A stretch of 64,000 nucleotides of DNA, taken from NCBI GenBank assembly GCA_001179505.1, contig CDMY01000508.1, positions 1 to 64,000 on the forward strand. Direction: 5' to 3'. A program made the translations under genes and the position numbers. Positions 48,876-59,837 of the stretch are shown here, one piece after another (position 1 is the stretch's first letter; each line of letters begins with the position of its first letter). The DNA is from Vitrella brassicaformis CCMP3155 (taxonomy: Eukaryota; Protista; Chromerida). The notes under the pieces were generated by a model. That model was not told where the DNA came from, made no database searches, and saw only the letters and a program-made list of their open reading frames with translations.

Positions 48876-51313
48876 ATGATGAAGAGTGCCGATCTCTCTC
48901 CCTCGGCTCTCCTCGACGCCGTGCGGGCACTGCTTGGTGAGGTGAAGATCCCTACATGGGTTCTGGTGGCAGCGTGCGGGACTGCCTCAGTGGCTGCCAT
49001 GTATGCGTATCTGCTGGACTTGAATCGGCGCAGAAGGGAGCATTTCAAGGTACGTGTGTGTGGATGACGGACAGACAGGCAGGCAGGCAGACAGACGGCC
49101 TTTCGATGCCCTGTGTGCCTGTGTGTGTTGTGGCAGGACACACCGCAACCAGATGAAGAGCACCCAATTCTGGCGGCGCTGCCCGTCACACGCAGGTGAA
49201 GTGCAATCGCCCTGACTGTGTCTTGGGGAAAAGGCCAGCCTCGGTTGTTCGTTTCTTTGCTCAGGGTGTTTGGGAGCCCGATGAACCATTCGCAGGGCGT
49301 CCAGGAACTAACGGACAAGCTTGGTCCAACATGGGGCGTCCGCATGCCTCTGTTCCTTCCTGGATTCGGCAAGCAAGGTACCGAGGGCGCCTTTTGCCCC
49401 GCCTGACTGACCTTGCGCTCACTGTCTTGCCTGCCGATTTCATCAGAGTTCCTTCTGTTCACGTCCGACCCGGCCATTATCAGCGAAGTGCAGGCCAAGA
49501 AAGACATCTTCCACAGCAGGCCAAGAACGGGCTTCGACACGATCATCCCTCAAGGCTTGCTGGCCCTCCGTGGGGACGAGAGGCAGTGGCAAACGCATCG
49601 GCGGCTCATTGCGCCTCTCTTCAGCGACAAGTTTTTGGCAGGTGAACGTTGCCGTTGCCAGAAGAGGAGAGAAGAGATGTGATGCAATTTCTTTGTGTGT
49701 GTCTGCGGCGTCTGTTCAGCGTATGGGCCCACACTGTACGAGAAGAGCGCGCTGCTGCATGATTCTCTTCTCCAGCACTTCAATGACAAAGTCAAAACGA
49801 AAGCGGTGCGTGCACTAGGAGAGATGAGACGACTGTGCATTGATGCACACACATTCCTTTTTGTATCTGTCGCGTCGCGTCGTGTCAGTTTGATGTGCAA
49901 GAGTGCCTGAATTTGGTCACATTGGACATCATCACGTCGATCGGTTTCGGTTTAGAGAAGGCTGACTCTGTGCGCGCGCTGCTGCCGCCGGATAGCCCAC
50001 AAGCACTCACGCCGAATGAGGTACGGATATATGTGCATGCGAGTGGGAAATCTCACCTGTACGGGTGTATGTGTGCGCGCATCAGTTGCGGTCGGCTCTT
50101 GCATTCAAGCGGTGAGTGAGTCGGTCGGAAGCACTGATGCGCCACTCGTGCACACATTCATGGGTCCCTGTGCGTCTGTCTTGGTAGGGCTTCTGACGTG
50201 TTCCTCGAAGAGGCCCATAATCGAGCCACAGAGCCATCAGTCGCACGGTGCGAGTTGCATTGAGCATACCACACCACACAGGCATCCACGAATGTGTCTG
50301 CTTCCCTCTCGGCGTGTGTCAGGTTTTGGCCGCCGAGATACATCCGCTACCTCTCTGCCTACGCAATGGCCACCAAGCGTGTGTACGAGGTGTATCGTCA
50401 CAAGGGTGACCCAGCCTCGCCTGCTGCATCGGGCCGCGGAAGCAAGGATCTCAACATGCTGATCGCTCTCAAGAATGCACAGGGTCAGTCAAGCAGCACA
50501 CACATCAACACAGACCCATCCACACACCCATCCACACACCCATCCATCCATGTGTGTGTGTGTGTGTGTGAATGTGTTTGTGCAGAGGGCGGAGAGCATA
50601 TGACTATGAAAGAGGTCAAAGATGAAATCATAAGCTTGATGCTTGCCGGTGAGTCGGTCGTTGGGAGGGAGGGAGGAACAGAGGCAGGCCTGGTGGTGGT
50701 GTTGTTGCTGTTCTCAGGTCATGAGACGACTGCCCTGACACGTCGTGGGCCTTGTATGAGTTGGCGGGCAACCCAGATGTCCAAGACAAGGTCTACAAAG
50801 AGGTCAGTCAGGAGATGCACACGTGGCCACGAGATAGGTGCACCGAGTGTGTTGCATCTGCGCATACAGGTCAAGAATGTGGATCTCAAGTCGCTATCGC
50901 TGATAGAAGTGAAAGACAAGCTGCCCTACACATACATGGTCTTGACAACGAAGCACCCAGCAGCCACACATCATTCATTTGTACGTCTCTCTTCCCAACA
51001 CAGACATTCCAAGAGGCTCTGCGCCTGCACCCCACCGCCCCCATATTTCCGCGAGAGGTACATGCACTTCGCTGCTTTGGCTTACAGGTCTGCCATGCTA
51101 CTGTTCCGTTGCAGGCGTCTGAGGATGTTGTGCTGGGCGGCAAGTATCGTCTTACTGCAGGGTCCCGCATTCTGTTCAACCAGCAGGCGCTTGCCTGGAA
51201 CACCGAGCTGTGGGGGCCCGATGCCAAGAAATTCAAACCAGAAAGGTGCGTGCGACAAAACAGACAGGGCAAAAAAGGAAACGAGCAAATGTGCTCCTGT
51301 GTGTGTGCGAGTG

Positions 51314-51362
<49 letters not shown>

Positions 51363-51658
51363 CTCTCAGGATGCAACGCCCCGATTTGGCCGACCTGGAC
51401 AACTACTTCCCTTTCGGCTTTGGCCAAAGGTATTGACCACAACGACGCATGTACTCTTCATGTGTGTGACATCATCCATCCAGGATATGCATCGGCAAGC
51501 GGCTGGCCTACGTCGAAGGCGTCTTCCTCCTTGCGCACTTCATCCAGGACTTCCATTTGGCCGTGCCGTCAGACTTTGCGCCGCGATATGAGGTGCGAGT
51601 GACGCTGCGGAGTGCAGACGGCATCACGCTGCTGCTGACGCCAAGGGCACACGATTGA
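48876..51658 (+). CDS. Cytochrome P450 with a 1-nt frameshift in the I-helix exon
   Basis: N-terminal TM, WQTHRRLIAPLF, AGHETTA, EALRLHP (ExxR), FKPER and heme motif FGFGQR|ICIG. Frame changes at 50741-50742. Confidence 0.92.
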
Positions 51659-52186
51659 ACCGATCCGACTGAGGCCTCGAGCGTTTGGTGTGCCTCGAGA
51701 GAGAGTCTGCAAATGTCTCCTTTTTCTTTTTGCGTAGCGGTAAGCGGGGAGTTGAGCTGCGGTTCTTAATGTTTACGCATGCACTGGTGCAGGCAGGACT
51801 CTACTCACTGGAAATTGGCAGAGACACGTTGTTTGGTGAATGGCATCATACAAAGACAAATCTGCTCGCTAGCTGCCCTCGTCTGCTCCCTGTGTGCTGG
51901 ACATCCATGCGCTGCGTATGTATTGTACGGACGGGCGGAAAGGAAGACGAGGCCGACAGTCACAGACGATCATGTCTTCGTCATGACGTGATCGTCAAGA
52001 ATGGTTTTTTCGTTTTGTCTGGGTCGGAAGACTCATCGATACATCACAGTGTGTGTGTGTCACGCAGGAAAGTCATGCGGAAGCGAACACCAGATACGTC
52101 GATGAGTTTCATGCATCCCCTAATTCCTAACGGCCAGCTTCATTTCACGACGTGTGTGGAAGAAGTATGCATATGTTTTCCTCCGC

Positions 52187-54148
52187 ATGGGTATTGCCCT
52201 GCGCGCCCTGGTGGGCGTCTGCTTGGGGTTCACGACCGTCGCCTTCGTCGGTGTCTTCATCCCCAGGGAGTTCTCGCGTGTGGAGAACAAAGCCGCTCCG
52301 CCCTCGTATTCTTTGCTCTCTTCGCCTGTCCGAGACTATATTGAGCAGCTGACACTGGGGCGCACAGCTGCAGAGTCACGAGAGGGCTGCCCATTCTTGG
52401 CCAAGACACCAGCCGATATTGGCGATGGGGGAAGCGGCATTGACGCGCTCCCCGGTGTGCAGCCTCCCATCGATTTGAAGGCTCTGGATGGCTTCTTGAG
52501 TGCCATCAACGACGACACCGATGCCGGCCTGCTAACGAATCACTGCGAGAGATACTGGGATGAGATTCTCGACGAGAACCCAACCCTTATCGCACTGGAG
52601 AAGCATAAGCCGTGGACCTCAGAGGAGGTGACGCTCCTCGCCAACCGAGGCGTTCGACTCAAGGGCGCTGTGCGGCTGCCGTACCACAATCGTTTGCCCC
52701 TTCGGCTGAGCATTACCAACGGCGCGCTGGTCTGCCACTCTATCAAGGACTGCCAGCCCCTCGAGACTCCTCCCAACGGGAGATTCGCAGTGGAACGGAT
52801 AAACGCGCGGCGCGTGGCCCGCTCTCTCGCGGATGCCGTTGATTGGGCGGCCAACAACAGCGTCAACTTGGGGGACGCGGCCTTTTCGATACCAGTCGAG
52901 GACTGCCCCAACTTCTGGTCAGTGGGACTGATATTGACAGACAGGTTCCCCATCTTGACACGTCCCGTCCGTGTGTTGTCTGCAGGCGTTCGAAGGTGCC
53001 GGTTGGCGGAGATTACATTGGGCCCGGCAGCCAGGAGCCGTGTGAGCGCGCCAGACCTCAGTACAAGCGAAAAGGGCCTCCCGCCCTGGTGCTGAGCGAG
53101 TCGTCGTTCACGGAGTACACCTGGGACATTCCCGGTGTCTGGTTCCACGAAAACGACGAGACCATGACACGTGAGATTGTCAAGGACCTCTATTACACCG
53201 CTGACGATGGGGATGGACACCCCAGGTTCTCAGAGGCGCTCTTCGCCGCCGAGTGGGCAAAGAAGAAAAACGAGGCCTTCTTCATCGGCCTCAACACAGA
53301 CGACAGCCGGGTGCAGCTGGCTTGCGAGCTCAGTATGATGGACCCGGAGCTGTTTCAGCACGTCTTCATTGCTGGTGCTGACGTCAGAATGAGACAACCT
53401 GTCAACTGCACCGACACAGCCCGCGAATTGGAGCGGTGAGTTGACCCTCACTTGGGCAGAGAAACATGCAGGTGTATCTATCGGCCTGCTGACCCGTGTC
53501 GGTCTTTGGCTTTTGTGTCCATGTGTGCAGAGAGCTGGGATGTTCCGCCTCTCACATCTGTCGGCGGAACAAGACTCTTGCCGAGGAGTTTGTGGAGCTG
53601 ATGCTTTCAACAAAGTACCACCTGGACCTGCCTGGCTACGGGCCCTGGAGCCACAGGTTGCGAATGCTGCTGCTCAGCGGCTCGGTGATATTCGAGCCGC
53701 CACGCAGCTTTGCAGCCACACAATTCTTCGATGCCCCTCTGAAGCGGCGAAACCTGATCGTGCGCTTCACTGACGCGACAGACCTCTATGAGAAGATCCA
53801 GTGGTTCAGGAGACATGACGACGTCGCGAGGAGGCTGGCGGCAGCGATGCACAAGATCGGATGGTACGCACGGCAGCAGACACGCACACAGAGACTCACA
53901 CCAGATGCGTGTGTGATATCTCCGGCCATAACAGGCATTGCCTGACGCACGAGAGTGTTCGTCAGTCCCTTGTCATGCTGCTGAAGCGCCTTGGAGCCCT
54001 CCACGAGCCGACGGTCGGCAAAGCAAGGCGACCTGGCAAGCGTCTGGATGACGACATCAGATGTGTGATCGGCGAGGGGACGCCTCTGCACGCGGCGATG
54101 GATGGCTTCGGCGAGGCTGCCGACGAGTGCTATCTGGCCGCCTTGTGA
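52187..54148 (+). CDS. Glycosyltransferase family 90 (CAP10-like), type II membrane protein
   Basis: N-terminal TM. KYHLDLPGYGPWSHRLRMLLLSGSVIF, QFFDAPLK and DLYEKIQWFRRHDDVARRLA. Confidence 0.8.
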
Positions 54149-55180
54149 AGAGATCCATCGCCAGGTGAGGCCATCCATTTATGTGTGGCCATGGAATTTT
54201 ATTCATTTAATCGTGGCAAAGCAGTGTGTGTCTCCATGCACGTACGAACCACACACGCGGCTGTCTGTCTGTCTGTCTGTCTGTCGATCGGATCCATTCA
54301 TGTGCATGCCCAACCAGTAGGTAGGTCTCTTTCTTTCTTTCTTTCTTTCCGTTGTCCGTGCCGTTTGTCGGTGGTAAATGGTACGTGCCTGACTGACTTT
54401 TCTGCTCTCTCTGCTGTGGGTGACGGCCGTGGATACCGTCTGTCTGTCTGTCTGTCTGTCTGGATCCACTGCATCCATTGGAGATTTTGACGCACACGTG
54501 TGTGAGCGTGTGGCTATGGTGATGTGTGATAGTAATTTGCTAGTGGCACGTGCGTCGATCGGTGGAGACTGACTGTGTTTGCGTTCTGTGTGCGTGAAAT
54601 CACGCACAGACGGACAGCGAGCCAGACTAAGGAGGGCTTCGACTAAGCAGTGTTTTGCCAGTAATCACCCACGAGTAGGAATATTTTGTGACATCTCCAT
54701 CCAGCCCACCGGTGGGTAGCATTCATTCAGGCGGAGAGGCCACGGACAGCCGCTCACAGTCGTTAAGCAGTCGCTGAAGAGGCCCAGCGGCACACAAGCA
54801 AACGTACACCTCGACACAGGGATATCTCCACTCGGTCACTCTCTTTGGGCCTCACACATACACACATCCTCCTGTCGCCCACTGAGGCACCACCCACATG
54901 GACAGCATAGCCACACAGCCACTGCGACAGACAGGCACACTGCGGCAGCTGAGGGTGTACTGATACTGATAGAGCACCAAAGTCACCGATCCTAGTCGAC
55001 TGGGCCGCTGTCACCGTGGCCCAAACCCAGACCCACTTTCACAGTCTGATCAATCGTCTCTCTGCGTCGGCTGGTCTGAATGGGCGGTCAGCGAGCACAT
55101 CAAATTGAGCGCTTCGGCCATTCAAACCATGACCTCGATCGATGTCGACATTTTTAATGAGGTGAGGAGACATGTCATGA

Positions 55181-55410
55181 CGCAGGTGTGCGCACACAGA
55201 TATTCATCATGTACACAGAGATTCATCATATACACGCACTCCGAGTCCACCCGTGCATGCGCACGTGCATGCGCAGGTGTGCGCATACAGACGTTCATCA
55301 TATACACATACTCCAAGTTGACACGTGCATGCGCAGGGGTGCGCACAGAGGCATTCATCATATACACACACTCCAAGTCGGCATGTGTGTATGTGATGAA
55401 TGTGTGTGTC
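55181..55410 (+). repeat. 60-bp satellite, about 3.5 units with a short inverted end (55383-55410)
   Basis: Unit copies, then a reverse-oriented partial unit. Confidence 0.88.
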
Positions 55411-55419
55411 ACTCGACCT

Positions 55420-55700
55420 CCATGAGATCTTTGGGTAAACGAGGGGCCACGAGTGATCGTCTTGAGTTTCATACGAGGGCATGCCGCAGCAGATGCATAA
55501 TCACAGGCAGCGCGTAACAGGCAAGCAACCATGCAAAGCCGGCACACACAAAAGCACGGTCCATACAGCCTCGCGAGTCGCACCCATAGATACACGCAAC
55601 ATACACGAAAATAGAGAGCGCCCATAGCGCGGCCGACGGTCCCACAGAGGTGTAGGATGGGGAGACGGCCTACAGTATGCATCTTTGCACTGAGAAGTGA
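55420..55700 (-). mobile_element. Probable 3' UTR of a related non-LTR element, reverse orientation
   Basis: The reverse complement shares CTGTAGGCC and CACTCGTGGCCCCTCGTTTAC with the sequence downstream of the ORF end at 56210-56410 (CTGTAGGCC, CATTCGTCGCCCCTTGTTTAC). Confidence 0.4.
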
Positions 55701-55859
55701 CGTTCTTTGACTGACGAGGCGAGCAAGCAAACCATACACAGCCAAGAATTCAACAGGCACGCGCCGAAGTTCTCCCTGTCATAGACAGGCACAACGCAAG
55801 CAGCCGGGCAAGCGAGCAAACACTCGAGTTCGAGCCGGTGAGATCCACCTTTGGTCCTC

Positions 55860-56460
55860 ACTGGGAAAGAGGGTGCCAGCCCCCGAAGAGGCGCTCAGCG
55901 CCTATGTAAAGTAGAAAAGATCGCCGGCCTACGTTTCGTCCGTCTCGCTGCGAAGACATTTGGCCGCTGGGGGCAGCAAGCGATTGAATTCGTCAGGAAG
56001 CTCGCCAAGAGGAAGGCCCGCCCCTTGGCCATCCCCGCCGCTGAATGCACATTGTCCAGTGAAAATATCATCAACCGTCGGGGCCGGCTCCTGCCCGTAC
56101 AGCTGGTAAAGCACAACGCGTTCCACGTGGCTAGCCGCGTGAAGCGTGTCGCATCTACCGGAGGACCCCGAAAAAAAAGGCTCCTTTCCAGAGGACTTCA
56201 TCAGCCGAGGCGCCTGTAGGCCTCACACAAGTCCCCCCTCTGGTTGGTGCGCCCGCGTGTCGCTTCATATCGTATGCATGCAGTTTCATGCTGTGTGCAT
56301 GCATGGGTATCTGGTGTGTCTTTGTTGCGTGTCTGTATCGTATGGTTGCGTTGCTAGTGCTCTACCGCTGGCATGCGTGCTTTTATCGACATTCGTCGCC
56401 CCTTGTTTACACTGGAGTACAAAGCATACCGTTGCACCCTCAAGTACTCTTTGACAGCGT
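55860..56460 (+). mobile_element. 3' fragment of CRE-like non-LTR retrotransposon plus 3' UTR
   Basis: GLRFVRLAAKTFGRWGQQAIEFVRKLAKRKAR...VQLVKHNA. DNA similarity to 38729-39070 (GAGGACTTCATCA..CGAGGC...AGGCCTCACA). Confidence 0.6.
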
Positions 56461-56479
56461 CCCTCTGCAATTATTCGGT

Positions 56480-56978
56480 AACAACGCCCCGTCAAACTAG
56501 GGAGCTCCCCGCTTATTGCCTTCACTGCGTCCGACTCTGGATGGCCTCATCGACGTATTTGCCTGTGTGTGCAACGAATTCGTCAGGTTCAGAGAATTCC
56601 GGTAAAAGAAGAGAAAGGAGGAATAAACGAGAAAGACAGATGGCATGCATATCTACACATAGAGCCGGCACATATATTCGGCGTCTGAAACTACCCTGGC
56701 CACCTGTGCGAACCAATATTGGTGTCGTTTAATTGTATGCTCTTCACGGCAGCCAGGCGAGACCAGGCTTTTGGGATAGTCTGAAGAGCGTTGCTGTGAA
56801 GATTGACATGCTCCACGCTAAAACCAGGCAAGGTCAGACGTGCCTCAAACACACTCGTATTTGTCTCACATCTCTTCATTTGCGTCTCCGGAAGGAATCC
56901 ATTGCAGCCGAAGCCTTCGATGCGATTGTAGCTGAGGTCTAGCCATCCGAGTGACGCGAGGGGCTGCAAAGACGGCAG
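56480..56978 (-). pseudogene. Internal fragment of the LRR receptor family
   Basis: LPSLQPLASLGWLDLSYNRIE and SVEHVNLHSNALQTIP match exons at 28200-28490. The 5' side is cut by satellite. Confidence 0.7.
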
Positions 56979-56980
56979 CA

Positions 56981-58550
56981 AACACATTCATCACATACAC
57001 GCACTCCAAGTCGACACGTGCATGCGCAGGTGTGTGCACAGAGACATTCATTATATACACACACTCCACGTCCAAACGTGCACAAACACATTCATCACAT
57101 ACACACACTCCAGGTCCAAACGTGCATGCGCAGGTGTGCGTACACAGACATTCATTATATACACACACTCCGCGTCCAAATAAGTATGATATAGACACAC
57201 TCCACGTCCAAACGTGCATGCGCAGGTGTGCGCACAAACACATTCATCACATATACACACTTAACATCGACACGTGCATGTGCAGATGTGCGCACTCATA
57301 TATTCGTCATATACCCACACTCCACGTCCAAACGTGCAAACAGACATTCATCACATACACACACTCCAGGTCCAAACGTGCATAGAGACATTCGTCATAT
57401 ACACATACTCCAAGTCCAAACATGCATGCACAGGTGTGCGCACATAGACATTCGTCATATACGCACACTCCAAGTCCAAACATGCATGCGCAAGTGTGCG
57501 CACACAGACATTCATCGTATGCACACATTCCAACTTTAAACGTGTATGCACAGGTGTGCGCATAGAGACATTCATCATATACACACACTCCAACTCCAAA
57601 CGTGGATAGAGACATTCGTCATATACGCACACTCCAAGTCCAAACGTGCATGCGCAGGTGTGCGCACATAGAGACATTCGTCATATACACATACTCCAAC
57701 TCCAAACGTGCATGCGCAGGTATGCGCACACAGACATTCATCATATATACACACTCCAAGTCGACGGGTGCATGCGCAGATGTGCGCACATAGACATTCG
57801 TCATATACACATACTCCAAGTCCAAACGTGCATGCGCAGGTGTGCGCATAGAGACATTCGTCATATACGCAGACTCCAACTCCATACGTGCATGCGCAGG
57901 TGTGCGCATAGAGACATTCGTCATATACTCATATACGCACACTCCAAGTCCAAACGTGCATGCGCAGGTATGCGCACACAGACATTCATCATATATACAC
58001 ACTCCAAGTCGACGGGTGCATGTGCAGGTGTGCGCACATAGACATTCGTCATATACACATACTCCAACTCCAAACGTGCATGCGCAGGTGTGCGCACATA
58101 GACATTCATCATATACACATACTCCAAGTCCAAACGTGCATGCGCAGGTGTGCGCACAGGCAGGTGTGCGCATGCGCAGGTGTGCGCATAGAGACATTCA
58201 TCATATTCACACACTCCAACTCCAAACGTGCATGCGCAGGTGTGCGCATAGAGACATTCATCGTATTCACACACTCCAAACGTGCATGCGCAGGTGTGCG
58301 CATAGAGACATTCGTCATATACACATACTCCAACGCGCAGGTGTGCGCATAGAGACATTCATCATATACACACACTCCAACTCCAAACGTGCATGCGCAG
58401 GTGTGCGCATAGAGACATTCGTCATATACACATACTCCAACGCGCAGGTGTGCGCATAGAGACATTCGTCATATACACATACTCCAACTCCAAACGTGCA
58501 TGCGCAGGTGTGCGCATAGAGACATTCGTCATATACGCACACTCCAGCTC
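56981..58550 (+). repeat. 60-bp satellite array (variant units, about 26 copies)
   Basis: Tandem TCCAA(G/C)TCCAAACGTGCATGCGCAGGTGTGCGCA.AGAGACATTC.TCATATAC variants. Confidence 0.95.
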
Positions 58551-58676
58551 CACTCCCCCAACACACACACACACACACACGCACACACCGGCCCCAAAGC
58601 GCCACCACCGGCCCCAAAGCGTCACCACCGCGATACTCCCTCCCTTCCCGGCTTGCCCTCTTCCGTCGAACCTGTC

Positions 58677-59312
58677 CTAATGAATGAGGAGGCGAGGCAG
58701 GAGGGCCAGCAAGATGTCCTGATCCACCTCAGCAAACACATCCTGGCCCAGCCGCCTGATCACCCCGCCGAACAGCACATACCGCCCTGCCCTGTCGTAG
58801 ACGTCCAGCCAAGAGCGCTTCATCGCCGCGGCCACGTCCTTGGTCTTGTCCCACACGTCACGACACTGCCTGGCCGCCTGCTTGTCGTCCATGGAGTCGC
58901 CGTACTTGGCGTGAATGGCGCGGAAGAGACGCTCAGCATGCGGCTCATCGATCTTGGACACGTCGAACACAGCCCTGCCCGCCGTCATCTGCCCTCCCTG
59001 CTCCGCCTTGAACTCCAGCTTGCGGCTGGCGAAGCCGTGCTCCTGCAGGACCTCGAGGACGACGTCAGTGACCTCCGACGAGCGGAATCTGGCGAGGGGG
59101 GAGTCTGGAAGAGGGTGGGTGACGGGTGACTGCTTGGCCAACGACTCGACAGCCTGGCGGAGAATATCGACCTCTGACTCGAGAGCATCAATCCGGTCAC
59201 ACACGCTCTCGGCTTGTAGCAGGGCAGGCGGCTCTCGCTCCACCGCGATAGACTCACGCGCAGCAGCAGCTGCTGCTTGGACGTCCGCAGCAGAAACACT
59301 CGGTTCCGACAT
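58677..59312 (-). CDS. Intronless hypothetical protein (coiled-coil N-terminus, possible helix-turn-helix)
   Basis: Clean 211-codon ORF with GC3-rich coding-like codons. DRIDALESEVDILRQAVESL coiled coil. ARQCRDVWDKTK weakly resembles a Myb/SANT-like third helix. Confidence 0.65.
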   Translation of the reverse strand: MSEPSVSAADVQAAAAAARESIAVEREPPALLQAESVCDRIDALESEVDILRQAVESLAKQSPVTHPLPDSPLARFRSSEVTDVVLEVLQEHGFASRKLEFKAEQGGQMTAGRAVFDVSKIDEPHAERLFRAIHAKYGDSMDDKQAARQCRDVWDKTKDVAAAMKRSWLDVYDRAGRYVLFGGVIRRLGQDVFAEVDQDILLALLPRLLIH

Positions 59313-59837
59313 CAGCACCACAAAACGATGTCAGGACAACACAGAAAAACGATGACAGACGATGCGGAGGTCCACTCCACGAAGGTGTCACACAGAAACA
59401 CTGACAGATCCCTGGGACAGAGGGATGACCCATCTCGCCGCGTCTCGGAACGCGTGATATCGCACGTTAGATCGTGCTCAGTGAGTGTGGATGTGGGCGT
59501 GGTCTGTGTGTGTGTCTTGCCGCCCTTCTGCCTTTCCCAGCGGTGATATGTGTATGGGCGTGCACTGAGGGTGTCTACGGGTCGGCCGCCTGCCGCCCCT
59601 CTCCGCCATGGAGGCTGGGGCGGCGGTGCGCTCTCATACACCCCCAGCACCCCGTGCGTGGTTGTTTTAAGGGCGTGTTTGTGTGTGACTGGGCGATCTG
59701 CATTGGCTGGCCGCCTGGGGATGGGCGGTATCTACGTATGGAGTCATGGTGCAGCACGCACGCACGCACGCCGCCTTCAAGCTGCTGCTGGGGTGGCGCG
59801 TGTGCGACGCTGTGTGCCTGCCCTGCGCACCCTTACG

